Below, in pieces: positions 32,306-42,447 of a DNA stretch of 51,044 nt. Location of the stretch: IMG/VR virus record IMGVR_UViG_3300007735_000750, positions 1 through 51,044 of that record; one strand, given 5' to 3'. How positions within the stretch are numbered: position 1 is the stretch's first letter; the number at the start of each line of letters is the position of its first letter. The notes under the pieces were generated by a model, which ran no database searches, was not told the DNA's origin, and saw nothing but the letters and a program-made list of their open reading frames with translations. This DNA is from a virus (taxonomy: Duplodnaviria > Caudoviricetes). The position numbers and the translations under genes were made by a program.

Positions 32306-34228
32306 ATGAGCAAAAAAACCAAGAAAATAGAAGAAGTACAAGCCTCTTTCGCAGTCCCAATATCAGAAGCTACACCATTAATGGTATATGGTAGTGATGT
32401 TAATAAACCAAAAATTAAAATGTCGGAAGCCAGAGCTGCTGCCACTGGACTTCGTAGAAACGCAGCCTCTACAGTAGAAAGAACTAATAGATTTACTAAT
32501 ATTGATACTGGATTAATTCCTTTTAGATACTCAACATATGTTAAAAATCTTTCGACTTTAGATGTTCGTGATGCAATTATCCTCTGTCAAAAAGCCTATT
32601 ATAATGTTGCAATTTTTAGGAACACAATTGATTTAATGACAGAATTTTCTAGTAGTCCAATATATCTAAGTGGTGGAAGTCAAAAAGCTAGAGAGTTTTT
32701 TGAAGCTTATTTTAAGAAAATTAATCTTGCTAGTTTCCAAGATCAATTCTTCCGCGAATATTATCGTAGTGGGAATGTCTTTACTTATAGATTTGATACA
32801 TCTTTAAATCCAGAACAATTACTTAGAGTAACTCAAACATTTGGATCAAAATTAAAATCAATTGCTCAAGATGGAAGCGTTAAATTACCAGCTCGCTATA
32901 CAATTGTTAATCCAGCGGATGTTTATGTTGGCGGAACAGTAAATTATTCATTTAATACATACTATAAACTTCTTAGTGATTATGAATTAGAAAGATTAAG
33001 AGATCCCAAGACGGATGAAGATAAAGAGGTTTATGAATCACTCCCAGAAGAAGTAAAAAATCAAATTAAAAGTAAGAACAATTCTTATATACTACTTCCA
33101 TTAGACACTAAAAGATTAGCGGCAGTATTTTATAAAAAACAAGATTATGAGCCACTTTCTATCCCAATGGGTTTTCCAGTCCTTGATGATATCAATTGGA
33201 AACTTGAGATGAAAAAAATGGATATGGCTGTAACTAGAACTATGCAACAAGCTGTTCTTCTCGTCACGATGGGAACTGATCCAGATAAAGGTGGCGTTAA
33301 TCAAAAGAACTTACAAGCTATGCAAGCTCTTTTTGAAAATCAAAGCGTTGGTAGAGTTCTTATTGCTGATTATACAACAAAAGCTCAATTTGTAATTCCA
33401 GATATTGGCAATTTAATTGGCCCACAAAAATATGAAGTTGTTGATCGTGATATTCAAATTGGTCTTAATAATGTTCTTATTGGTAGTGAGAAATTTGCTA
33501 ATCAAAGTATTAAGGTTCAAGTATTTGTAGAAAGATTAAAGCAAGCTCGTGAAGTTTTCTTAAATGAATTTTTGATTCCAGAAATTCGCAGAATGAGCAA
33601 AGATCTTGGATTTAAAAATTTTCCAACACCATCTTTTGAAGAAATGAATCTTAAAGATGACGTACAATATTCTCGTATATTTAATCGTCTTATTGAACTC
33701 GGAGTTCTTACTCCAGAAGAAGGTTTGCAAGCGATTGATAGTGGCAGACTTCCAACAAATCAAGAATCTGTTGAATCACAAATTAAATTTAGACAACTTA
33801 AAGATCAAGGTCTTTATCAACCAATTATTGGTGGAGGAGCTGCTCCAGCAGGTAGACCATCTGGATCAACAGGTATTCCTCAATCAACAAAGAATATATC
33901 TCCAATTGGCGCAAGCTCTAATTTCTCTGTTACTAAAATTAAAGAGAATATATTAGCTAGTCAAGACTTAGAAGAAGAAGTTAAATCTGCTGTAAGAAAG
34001 AAATTTAATGTTAAAAAATTAAGCAATCAACAAAAAGAAGATGCTGAAAACATTTCTGAAATAATTATAGCTAATGAATCTCCAGAAAATTGGAAATCCA
34101 AGATTGAAGAATATCTAGAAAAACCATTTGATCAAAATCAAGATCAAGTTAAGAATATACAAGAAATAGCCTCAGAACATCAAGTAACAAACTACCTAGC
34201 AAGTCTATTATATCATAGTAAATCTTAA
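32306..34228 (+). CDS. portal protein
   Basis: Follows terminase; AYYNVAIFRNTIDLM, FREYYRSGNVF and size typical of portals. Confidence 0.75.
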   Translation: MSKKTKKIEEVQASFAVPISEATPLMVYGSDVNKPKIKMSEARAAATGLRRNAASTVERTNRFTNIDTGLIPFRYSTYVKNLSTLDVRDAIILCQKAYYNVAIFRNTIDLMTEFSSSPIYLSGGSQKAREFFEAYFKKINLASFQDQFFREYYRSGNVFTYRFDTSLNPEQLLRVTQTFGSKLKSIAQDGSVKLPARYTIVNPADVYVGGTVNYSFNTYYKLLSDYELERLRDPKTDEDKEVYESLPEEVKNQIKSKNNSYILLPLDTKRLAAVFYKKQDYEPLSIPMGFPVLDDINWKLEMKKMDMAVTRTMQQAVLLVTMGTDPDKGGVNQKNLQAMQALFENQSVGRVLIADYTTKAQFVIPDIGNLIGPQKYEVVDRDIQIGLNNVLIGSEKFANQSIKVQVFVERLKQAREVFLNEFLIPEIRRMSKDLGFKNFPTPSFEEMNLKDDVQYSRIFNRLIELGVLTPEEGLQAIDSGRLPTNQESVESQIKFRQLKDQGLYQPIIGGGAAPAGRPSGSTGIPQSTKNISPIGASSNFSVTKIKENILASQDLEEEVKSAVRKKFNVKKLSNQQKEDAENISEIIIANESPENWKSKIEEYLEKPFDQNQDQVKNIQEIASEHQVTNYLASLLYHSKS

Positions 34229-34249
34229 TTTAAGAGTGTAAATCGTTAT

Positions 34250-34516
34250 ATGCGCACATTTAATGGTTTACAAATATTCACGGAACAACTAACAAACAGT
34301 GGTCAATTGGATCTCAGATACGTAAGAATTACTGGAAATAATTCTATAGTAAATCTAAATCAAGGAGCTATAGTTACTGGTCAAAATTTAACTGTAAATA
34401 GTTCTGGAATATTTAATAACGGTATATCAGTAAATGGAAACTTTTTTTTAAATGGACGACAGGTTTTGATTTCTTCTGCTGGAGCTTTATTTTCTCCAAC
34501 TGTAACCGCAGGATAG
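34250..34516 (+). CDS. short tail/virion fibre module
   Basis: MRTFNGLQIFTEQLTNSGQLDLRYVRI shared with 35248..35688. Confidence 0.65.
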   Translation: MRTFNGLQIFTEQLTNSGQLDLRYVRITGNNSIVNLNQGAIVTGQNLTVNSSGIFNNGISVNGNFFLNGRQVLISSAGALFSPTVTAG

Positions 34517-34520
34517 TTTT

Positions 34521-35210
34521 ATGGCAGACATTACAATAATAACTGGTAATTTAAATGTAAGTGGAACAACAACGCTAGCTGGAACCTCTTATATTCCATC
34601 TGGATATACAAATAATTCATTTGTTCCATTTAATCCATCAACCAACGCTGGAATTTATACAGTAAGATTTTTAAATACAGCAGGGCAAGAAAATCAATTT
34701 CCAATTGGAACAATCACAGGAGTTAGAGCATTTTTTGATTTTGCTCGATCAAGCGAAGATCAATTAAGTCGTCATATTAGAACACAAAAATGGATACTTA
34801 GAACAGGTCAATCGCTAGGTGGAAGAACCGAAGGAAATAATACTATACAGATAAATTCAACAGGAGTAATTATACCAGTAAATAATCCACCAAGTTTTTT
34901 CACTCAGGCACGCTTAACAGCTTATACTATAGATGAAAGATTTAATCACATCGAACAAAGCGGAGTATTTGCTTTAGAATCTCATGAAAAAATTGGATTT
35001 GGTACTTATCAACCACAAGAAAAAGTAGACATTGCTGGTAATTTAAATGTAAGACAAACAGGCATATTTAGAGGTATATTTTTAACAAATAATTATATAC
35101 CATCCTCTTCTAGTTCTTTTGGAGTCTCGGGGCAGATAGCTACGGATTCTAATTATATTTATTCTCATAATGGCATAAAATGGCGCAGAACAGCTTTAGC
35201 AGAATGGTAA
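34521..35210 (+). CDS. tail fibre-like protein
   Basis: IGFGTYQPQEKVDIAGN and C-terminal GQIATDSNYIY...WRRTALAEW module. Confidence 0.65.
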   Translation: MADITIITGNLNVSGTTTLAGTSYIPSGYTNNSFVPFNPSTNAGIYTVRFLNTAGQENQFPIGTITGVRAFFDFARSSEDQLSRHIRTQKWILRTGQSLGGRTEGNNTIQINSTGVIIPVNNPPSFFTQARLTAYTIDERFNHIEQSGVFALESHEKIGFGTYQPQEKVDIAGNLNVRQTGIFRGIFLTNNYIPSSSSSFGVSGQIATDSNYIYSHNGIKWRRTALAEW

Positions 35211-35247
35211 TTTGATATTTTTTTAAATTTTTGTGTAATATTATTAA

Positions 35248-35688
35248 ATGCGCACATTTAATGGTTTACAAATATTTACAAAACAGTTAACAAATTCTGG
35301 TCAATTAGACCTTAGATATGTTCGTATTAGTGGCAATGATCAACCTGCTAACATATTTTTAGGAAATTTACAACAAGATTATGATTTTTATAAAAATACA
35401 AATTTTAATATAAATAAATCGGTTAATATTTTTTATTCTGATGATAATCGTCAGTATTCTGGTTATTTACCAGATGTTGTAGATAAAACACTTATAATAA
35501 TTAAAAACCTTACCTTAAATTCACCATTCACATTAACAATTTCTGGCTATTCACCTAATCAACAGTTTGATCAATCTAACTCAGAACTTTTAACTATTGG
35601 AAATTTAAATGGTGGAACTTTTCTTGGCGTAAAGAATCAGTATTATACTGGATGGATAAGTGTAAATAAAACAAATGGAGTTTTATAA
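35248..35688 (+). CDS. tail/virion fibre module
   Basis: N-terminal paralog of 34250..34516. Confidence 0.65.
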   Translation: MRTFNGLQIFTKQLTNSGQLDLRYVRISGNDQPANIFLGNLQQDYDFYKNTNFNINKSVNIFYSDDNRQYSGYLPDVVDKTLIIIKNLTLNSPFTLTISGYSPNQQFDQSNSELLTIGNLNGGTFLGVKNQYYTGWISVNKTNGVL

Positions 35689-35690
35689 CT

Positions 35691-36911
35691 ATGGCATCAC
35701 TTAATCAAATCTTTTATCAAGCTCCAGGTAAATTAATTCAAGTAAATGATGCGACAAATGAATTTATTGTTTCTGGATATAGATTAATTGTAGATAAAAA
35801 TTTAAATAGAGATTTATTAATTGTTGAAACTCCTTCAAGCACAGGAGATTATGGAGAAAAAGGTAATATATCTTTTGATGATCACCATATATACTATTGC
35901 AAAGCTAAAAATACTTGGGTTAGAGGAAAATTAGCATCATGGTTAGACAACGAGCCAGATCAATTAATTACAAATATTCCAAATTTAAATGTTACAAATC
36001 CAACAAATTGGTGGAAAATGGCTCCTACTTCTGGTCAACCACTTACTGATTTGGGAAATTATAATTTTAATTCATATGGAACGATAACATCGTTTCCTTA
36101 TCTCTATCCAGCGACTAACACTCTTGCGAGTGGATATATTAATCCTAGCACTAACCTTTATTACATAAACTATTCTACTAACCTTGTAGATCTTGCAGGT
36201 TTAAATCAAGATTTTTCAATTAGTTTTGAAACTTCAAGAAGGCCTTATACTCCTTACCCTAGTACTATGATAAATTCATCTAATGCATCTAGTTTCATAT
36301 TAGGAAATTTATTTGGAGGAGTAGGTTTTCATTTTAGATTTGCAGATAAAAATACTCTAAACTCTGGTAATTATTTAAGTGGTCAAAACATAGTATTTGG
36401 ATTAAATGCTCATACATCTGGATTTAAAACTCAATATGCTTTTCAAGATGTAGAAGCTATATATTGGGCGGCGCCTGGGTTTGGTAATGGATCAGGTATA
36501 CCAGGTAAAGGAAATGGAAATCGATGGATTAACGTAGCATCTACAACTTCTTTTCTAGTAGGCGATACTCTAAAACAAGTTGTAGTAACAAATAATGCAT
36601 CATCAAAAGAATTAAAATTATATGTAAATGGACAATTAGAAGATACAAAATCTTATGTAGGAATTCCAATTACTAATGTAAGAAAAATTACTCAAAATCA
36701 ATGTGTTGGCATGGGAATAGGAGGAACTCCAGTTGGAGGCGTAGGAAACAATCCAGTTCTTGGAACAATGAGCAGTTCGGTTGCTAGTATAGCTGCAAAA
36801 AGTTTAGTCACTGTTAAAAATTTAGGTTTTTGGAAAAATATAATATTAGATCAAGAGCAAATTACTGCATTGTATAATGCTGGAAACTTTAAAACTTATC
36901 CATTTGTATGA
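35691..36911 (+). CDS. fibre protein with C-terminal LamG/concanavalin-like domain
   Basis: GEKGNISFDDHHIYYC...W module; VVVT...LKLYVNGQL...EQITALYN. Confidence 0.65.
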   Translation: MASLNQIFYQAPGKLIQVNDATNEFIVSGYRLIVDKNLNRDLLIVETPSSTGDYGEKGNISFDDHHIYYCKAKNTWVRGKLASWLDNEPDQLITNIPNLNVTNPTNWWKMAPTSGQPLTDLGNYNFNSYGTITSFPYLYPATNTLASGYINPSTNLYYINYSTNLVDLAGLNQDFSISFETSRRPYTPYPSTMINSSNASSFILGNLFGGVGFHFRFADKNTLNSGNYLSGQNIVFGLNAHTSGFKTQYAFQDVEAIYWAAPGFGNGSGIPGKGNGNRWINVASTTSFLVGDTLKQVVVTNNASSKELKLYVNGQLEDTKSYVGIPITNVRKITQNQCVGMGIGGTPVGGVGNNPVLGTMSSSVASIAAKSLVTVKNLGFWKNIILDQEQITALYNAGNFKTYPFV

Positions 36912-37366
36912 TTAATAACTCAGAGATAATTTTTAGAATATTAAACCCAGATGGAACTCTTGCGGGATATACTGAATTTAATAATAATAATTATGGACTT
37001 TTTGATAGTCAAGGTATATTTGCAGGAAAGAACAATACTGTTTCTGGAGATTATGCTATAGTTTTAGCGGGTAGTAATAATTCAAGTAGGGCATCTAATT
37101 CCACTATTCTTGCAGGTAATAATGTAAATATCCCTTCTACTCATTCTGGAGCAGTATTTATAGGAGATTATAAACAAACTAGCCGTACATCCTCCGGACC
37201 AAATACATTAACACTAGATTTTAGTAGTGGCGTCTTTATAAAATTAAATACTATAATCACTTCATCAAATTCTCCAGGAACAAGTGGCCAGATTTCTTTT
37301 GACTCTAATTATTTTTACAGACACAACGGATTAAATTGGACGAGAACAGCTTTATCTACTTGGTAA
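36908..37366 (+). CDS. tail fibre-like protein
   Basis: Short beta-helix repeats plus GQISFDSNYFY...WTRTALSTW module. Confidence 0.65.
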   Translation: MINNSEIIFRILNPDGTLAGYTEFNNNNYGLFDSQGIFAGKNNTVSGDYAIVLAGSNNSSRASNSTILAGNNVNIPSTHSGAVFIGDYKQTSRTSSGPNTLTLDFSSGVFIKLNTIITSSNSPGTSGQISFDSNYFYRHNGLNWTRTALSTW

Positions 37367-37411
37367 AATATTTCAAAATAAAAGTGTAATCCTACTTAAG
37401 GATTAAGGTAA

Positions 37412-38704
37412 ATGGCTAGAAATAGGATAATTTATAATGCAGAAGGATTATTTGTTGCTCCATATTCTGGAGAACAATATTTTTCTTCAGTCTATGATCT
37501 TGTTCCTTATAAAATTCTAAAAAAAATAGAAAAAATACAATCATTTAATTACTCTATTCAAAAAAATGAATTAAATGCTCAAGGCTTTGGTCAAAAACAA
37601 AACATCTTTAGAGGTCAAGGATTAGCTCCAGAAGTTACATTTAACTTTTCTTATATTCCAGACGGAGTTACGAATGAAAATAGATTAAATTTTGATGTAG
37701 CAAATTTTAGTAATTCACATACTTTACCAATGTTTTCTGGATTATGCACAAATAATACTCTTTTAAATAAAAGAGATTTCTATCTCATTGTAAATAAAAA
37801 TAACGATGATCTTTTGACAAATCAACCATTAACATATGATTCAATATATCCAACAGGATTGAATTATATTGTTGATCCTAATTCAAAAGATTATGGAGTT
37901 TTACATTTTCAAAATGCTTATTTAAATGAATATTCTTTTAGTATATCAATAAATAATTTACCAGAAGTCAACCAAAGTTATACCGCGGATAATATAACAT
38001 ATTATTCTAGTGGATCAAATATTCCATATTCTATACTAAATTTAAGATCTGGATTTGCAGAAAATCAATCGGATAAAATATTAATCCCAAAAACTTTTAG
38101 TTATAATGACCCTAATATTTATGGCCAAAACATTCTTTTACCAGGAGACGCAAATGTAACATTCTATACAAATAATAATGGGGTTGCTTTCTATACAGAT
38201 ACAATTCAAAGTTTAGATTTTAGTTTAAACTTTAATAGAAAAGCATATCGCGCAGTAAATTATAAACTACCCCTTTTAAGAAAGATAGAGTTTCCAATCA
38301 ATGGTACATTAAATACAAGTTTTACAATAAAAGAAACCTTAACTGGTTCATTTTTAGAAACTTTAAATGCAAATGATGACTATAATATTGTAGTTAATTT
38401 TAATAAATGTAATAATACTAATGGTATTTATCCTACAAGATTTATATTTAGTGGTTGTAAATTTAATAATATAAATTATGATTCTTCAATTGGTAGTAAT
38501 AAAACTGCAAATCTAAGTTTTAATTTTGATCTAGATCCAGACTTTGGAACAAGAGGAATATTTGCTAGTGGTAATGTACTCTATGCTTCTATTGGAAATA
38601 TATTAGAAGGAGACGATCTTGGCCAATTATATACTTTACTTGGAACAGAAACTTCTACTGAATATCAATTAATTGCCACGACAACAAGTACAAATATACT
38701 GTAA
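37412..38704 (+). CDS. probable tail tube / major tail-like protein
   Basis: Beta-rich, internally duplicated QSFNYS/QSLDFS pattern; late-cluster position. Confidence 0.45.
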   Translation: MARNRIIYNAEGLFVAPYSGEQYFSSVYDLVPYKILKKIEKIQSFNYSIQKNELNAQGFGQKQNIFRGQGLAPEVTFNFSYIPDGVTNENRLNFDVANFSNSHTLPMFSGLCTNNTLLNKRDFYLIVNKNNDDLLTNQPLTYDSIYPTGLNYIVDPNSKDYGVLHFQNAYLNEYSFSISINNLPEVNQSYTADNITYYSSGSNIPYSILNLRSGFAENQSDKILIPKTFSYNDPNIYGQNILLPGDANVTFYTNNNGVAFYTDTIQSLDFSLNFNRKAYRAVNYKLPLLRKIEFPINGTLNTSFTIKETLTGSFLETLNANDDYNIVVNFNKCNNTNGIYPTRFIFSGCKFNNINYDSSIGSNKTANLSFNFDLDPDFGTRGIFASGNVLYASIGNILEGDDLGQLYTLLGTETSTEYQLIATTTSTNIL

Positions 38705-38724
38705 ATTAGGTGTAAAAATAATAT

Positions 38725-39540
38725 ATGTCATCAAAAAATGTAAAAGATTTCGCTTCAGTAAATATCTTAAATTTAAACTCAGATTCAATCTTATCTGTTT
38801 CTAGTAATGAATTAAAAAGATTAAATGGTGCCAATTCAACTTTATTAATATCTAATATATCTGGCCAAAATATTTCTGGTCATAATCTTTATGTTACAAA
38901 TTTTAGCGGTACAGTTTTGGCTAATCAAATATCTAACAGCACATCAGCAGGTAGAGCATTATTAACTGGATCATCAGTTCAATCTCAAAGAGAAACCTTA
39001 AGTTTTTTCCCTTCATATAGTAACTTTCCTGATCTTGTCGCTAATGGACCTCAACAAGTTCAAAGAGCATATACAACAACAGATTATTGGAAAATATATA
39101 CATGGGTACCAAGTCTAGCCGAATATAAAGAAATAGCAGGAACAAATACCTATCCCGCATTTTCTGTTACTAATATAAATAATCCTGCCGGTAGAATAAA
39201 TGCAGGAAGCACTATTACTTATAATACAATAATATCTAATAGAGGAAGTACCATTAATACTGGAAATGGTATATTTACCGCACCAATAAGTGGGTTTTAT
39301 AACGTAAGTTTTGATGGAATTACTGATTCTGCCGTATCTCCGCCACATGAAGTATTACTATTTAAAAATACCAGTACTTATACTAATGTTAGAGCTTATG
39401 GAGGATATAATGGATATCAATCAATAGGATTCAAAACTATTATTAATTTAAATACAAACGAAACATTAAACTTATATATAAATGCTGGAGCTATTCATAA
39501 TAATGCTGCTTCAGTTTTTTCAGTAAACTTCTTAGGTTAA
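38725..39540 (+). CDS. fibre protein with C-terminal C1q-like domain
   Basis: YNTIISNRG...GIFTAPISGFYNVSF...LNTNETL...FS. Confidence 0.7.
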   Translation: MSSKNVKDFASVNILNLNSDSILSVSSNELKRLNGANSTLLISNISGQNISGHNLYVTNFSGTVLANQISNSTSAGRALLTGSSVQSQRETLSFFPSYSNFPDLVANGPQQVQRAYTTTDYWKIYTWVPSLAEYKEIAGTNTYPAFSVTNINNPAGRINAGSTITYNTIISNRGSTINTGNGIFTAPISGFYNVSFDGITDSAVSPPHEVLLFKNTSTYTNVRAYGGYNGYQSIGFKTIINLNTNETLNLYINAGAIHNNAASVFSVNFLG

Positions 39541-39619
39541 TTTTTCAATCTACCAAATTATTTTGTAATTAAAAGTTTTGATATACTATTAATTTTATAA
39601 TATAATAGTGTAATATATT

Positions 39620-39919
39620 ATGAAGAATATGCTATTTAAATTATTTGGCCCAAATTGGCGTTCTAGTTCATCTGGAATTATTACAGTTATCGCAGTGGCG
39701 ACGGCATTTGCAATTCATGGAGATAATTCGCTAGTAGCTTTTTTGCCAGATAAAGCGGAAGAATATATAATTGGAATTTCTAAGCTAATAGCTGTTGTTA
39801 GCGGTATAGTTTTTGCGCTTACTGTTAAAGATGCTGCTGTTACCGGTGGTAAAGTAGCTCAAACAAAAGAGGCAAAGAAAAGAGTAAAAAAAGAAATTGG
39901 ACATGGAGAAAATATATGA
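39620..39919 (+). CDS. holin-like membrane protein
   Basis: Two TMs, NWRSS..G and KDAAVTGG motifs, basic tail, heads lysis cluster. Confidence 0.6.
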   Translation: MKNMLFKLFGPNWRSSSSGIITVIAVATAFAIHGDNSLVAFLPDKAEEYIIGISKLIAVVSGIVFALTVKDAAVTGGKVAQTKEAKKRVKKEIGHGENI

Positions 39920-40374
39920 ATAAATTAAATTTGATTGCTATTGCCCTTATGGGTATTTTTGTGATTGGTTGCACCACAACTAATAATGGTGGCGATAATC
40001 AAATTGGCGGAACTACTGCAGTAGAAAATGCTCTTCCTTATATCAAGCCTGCTACGATTTTAATTTGTACAGTAGTACTAGAGCAAGCTCTTTCGGTTGA
40101 AGATAGAAAAGAAAAAGCTAAGATGATTAATAATGTTGCCGCAATTGTTGAAAGTCTAACGATAGGATCTACTCCAACTCCAGATCAATTACAAAAAGCT
40201 CTTATGGACTATCTTCCAGCAGAAAAAACTCATTGGGCAAAATATATAACCGCAGTAAAAGATATTTACGCCGCACAATTTGCAAAACTAAATGGAGACG
40301 CAGCTCTAGCCGTCAAAGTACTTAATGCTATCGCAGCAGGATGTAAAGACGCAACGGCAGAATACGTAGAATAA
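39916..40374 (+). CDS. lipoprotein
   Basis: Lipobox VIGC after hydrophobic stretch. Confidence 0.7.
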   Translation: MNKLNLIAIALMGIFVIGCTTTNNGGDNQIGGTTAVENALPYIKPATILICTVVLEQALSVEDRKEKAKMINNVAAIVESLTIGSTPTPDQLQKALMDYLPAEKTHWAKYITAVKDIYAAQFAKLNGDAALAVKVLNAIAAGCKDATAEYVE

Positions 40375-40572
40375 GTGACAGAATTTGTTGGTGCATTAAT
40401 AAGGCTTGTCGGTGGAATATTTGATGCAATAAATAATGTTTTTGGCGCAAAGAATACAAAAGAAATGAAAGAGCGACAAGTAGCTCAAAAAGAAGTAGAT
40501 CATCAAAGTAAAATAGAAGAAGCCGTTAAGGAAAAAAACATTGAAGAACTTCGTAAACATATTGGCACTTAA
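40375..40572 (+). CDS. possible i-spanin-like protein
   Basis: Hydrophobic N-terminus + coiled coil, overlaps downstream lipoprotein. Confidence 0.45.
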   Translation: MTEFVGALIRLVGGIFDAINNVFGAKNTKEMKERQVAQKEVDHQSKIEEAVKEKNIEELRKHIGT

Positions 40573-40957
40573 TTTTATTCTCGTAGGTTGCGCAACAGTA
40601 ACTCCAGATAAGATACAAGATGACATCGCTTCTTATGACGCTTCTACTCCAGATAATTACAGTAAAGATAATGGTGGTTTAATTGCAGTACTTGATAATG
40701 GAGTAGTAATTACTTCGGCTGCAAAAGAACGTTATAATAAATTAATTGAAATGTATAAAATAAAGTTTAAAAAAGAAAAAGCTATTGAACTTGCTGAGAA
40801 TTCGGGAATAACACCATATAAAGATAGACATGGTAATGATCTTTTCTTAATTGATAATGAACATCTTGTTTATTTTGGCGTAATGAATAGTTGGTTAAAA
40901 GAAAAAGTCCCAGCAGATAACATCATAGATAAAACAATAGATAAAATAAATAATTAA
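40541..40957 (+). CDS. lipoprotein (possible o-spanin)
   Basis: Lipobox LVGC; next to endolysin. Confidence 0.55.
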   Translation: MKNFVNILALNFILVGCATVTPDKIQDDIASYDASTPDNYSKDNGGLIAVLDNGVVITSAAKERYNKLIEMYKIKFKKEKAIELAENSGITPYKDRHGNDLFLIDNEHLVYFGVMNSWLKEKVPADNIIDKTIDKINN

Positions 40958-40963
40958 TAATCA

Positions 40964-41659
40964 ATGTTAAACGATAAATCTCTTAAACTCATATTTGATT
41001 TTGAAGTCGGCGGTGGAGAAAGTTATTATAATAAATTTTTAAAAAATCCTACATGGCCAGGAGAACAAAGTGGAGTTACTATTGGAGTTGGTTATGATGC
41101 TGGCTATGTAAATAAAACTGAATTTACTAATGATTGGAAAGATTTACCTAAAGAAACTTTTGATAGACTTTATCGAGTCGTTGGAATAAAAGGTTATCAA
41201 GCTAAAGAGCTAGCTCGTAGGCTAAAAGATATAGTTATACCTTGGGAGTTATCGGTTAAAGTATTTATGAATAAGACGGTAAAGAAATTTTATGATTTAA
41301 CACAAAAAACTTTCCCCAATTTTGATAAGCTTCCAGAGGATGCGAAAGGTGGATTAGTTAGTTTGGTATTTAATAGAGGAGCAGCTCTTGAAGGCGATAG
41401 AAGAAGAGAAATGAAAGCTATTCGAGATATTATGGCAAAAGCGCAAATCTTTGATGAAAAAAATCTGTTTCAAATCGCAGAGCAAATAAGAAAAATGAAA
41501 AGAATATGGATGGGTGGAAGTATAGAAAAAGGCATGAGTCGTAGAAGAGACGCTGAAGCTAAAATAATTGAAGAGGCATTAGCAAATGTAATAATTAATC
41601 CTAAAGATAATATAAAAGAAACAGATAAGATTATTTCAGAAAAATTTAAAAATCAATAA
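40964..41659 (+). CDS. endolysin, lysozyme-fold (pesticin C-terminal-like muramidase)
   Basis: FEVGG, SGVTIGVGYDAG, LVSLVFNRG, RRRDAEA. Confidence 0.85.
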   Translation: MLNDKSLKLIFDFEVGGGESYYNKFLKNPTWPGEQSGVTIGVGYDAGYVNKTEFTNDWKDLPKETFDRLYRVVGIKGYQAKELARRLKDIVIPWELSVKVFMNKTVKKFYDLTQKTFPNFDKLPEDAKGGLVSLVFNRGAALEGDRRREMKAIRDIMAKAQIFDEKNLFQIAEQIRKMKRIWMGGSIEKGMSRRRDAEAKIIEEALANVIINPKDNIKETDKIISEKFKNQ

Positions 41660-41671
41660 GTGTAATATTTT

Positions 41672-41821
41672 ATGGTGAAATATATTGTATTATCATTATT
41701 ATTTATATTGACTTCCTGTTCAGACTCAAGTTACCAAAGCAGAGAATTACCTACTAAATATCCAGATACTGCTACAATGGGATCTGCGGCTGATGCTACA
41801 GAAGAATTAAAGAAAAAATAA
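41672..41821 (+). CDS. small lipoprotein (49 aa)
   Basis: MVKYIVLSLLFILTSC lipobox; GTGTAA at 41660. Confidence 0.65.
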   Translation: MVKYIVLSLLFILTSCSDSSYQSRELPTKYPDTATMGSAADATEELKKK

Positions 41822-41860
41822 TTTAAATTAATTAAATTAAAGTGTAATATTAATAAATAT

Positions 41861-42445
41861 ATGAATTATGATTCAGAACAATATGGTTTTGATTTTATTC
41901 AAGCCAAAAGACGTGGCCCAAAATCATCAGCTCAGACTCCAGCAAAACCAAGCGAAAGACGCAAAGGTTCAAACCGTAATAAACCAGAAAGTGCTGGTAC
42001 AAAAAGCGATAAAGCTATTGAATTTTCTAAAAAAGTTATAGAAGCTCTTAAAAATAAAGTTAAAGAACATAATAGTAAAAATAAGAAAAAAGTTACTCTT
42101 GGACAATTAAAGAAAGTATTTCGTAGAGGCGCTGGCGCATTCTCATCTTCTCATAGACCAGGACAATCAAGAGTTTCTTGGGCCATGGCCCGCGTGAATA
42201 TGTTTCTTAAAATGGTAAGAGGCGGAAAAGTAAAAGATTCTTACAGAAAAGCAGATAGTGATATAGCAAAAGCTTCAACTAATAATTATATTGTAGAAGC
42301 TAATTTGGATCCAGATGACGAAGATTTTAATCAAGCAGAAATAGATATTAAAGAATATAATCTAAATGGTTTTGATTTTACTAATGTAGATGAACTTTAT
42401 CTAGATGATGAAGACGAAGGTTTTTATTTTACTTTTGAGGTATAA
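41861..42445 (+). CDS. basic/acidic head-associated protein (DUF5824-like motif)
   Basis: LKKVFRRGAGAFSSSHRPG...WAMARVNMFL; next to protease. Confidence 0.6.
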   Translation: MNYDSEQYGFDFIQAKRRGPKSSAQTPAKPSERRKGSNRNKPESAGTKSDKAIEFSKKVIEALKNKVKEHNSKNKKKVTLGQLKKVFRRGAGAFSSSHRPGQSRVSWAMARVNMFLKMVRGGKVKDSYRKADSDIAKASTNNYIVEANLDPDDEDFNQAEIDIKEYNLNGFDFTNVDELYLDDEDEGFYFTFEV

Positions 42446-42447
42446 TC

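Noticed and set aside
34514-34516. Stop-codon reassignment (TAG readthrough)
   Set aside because: Next ORF is in a different frame, long genes are intact under code 11, and no suppressor tRNA is present.
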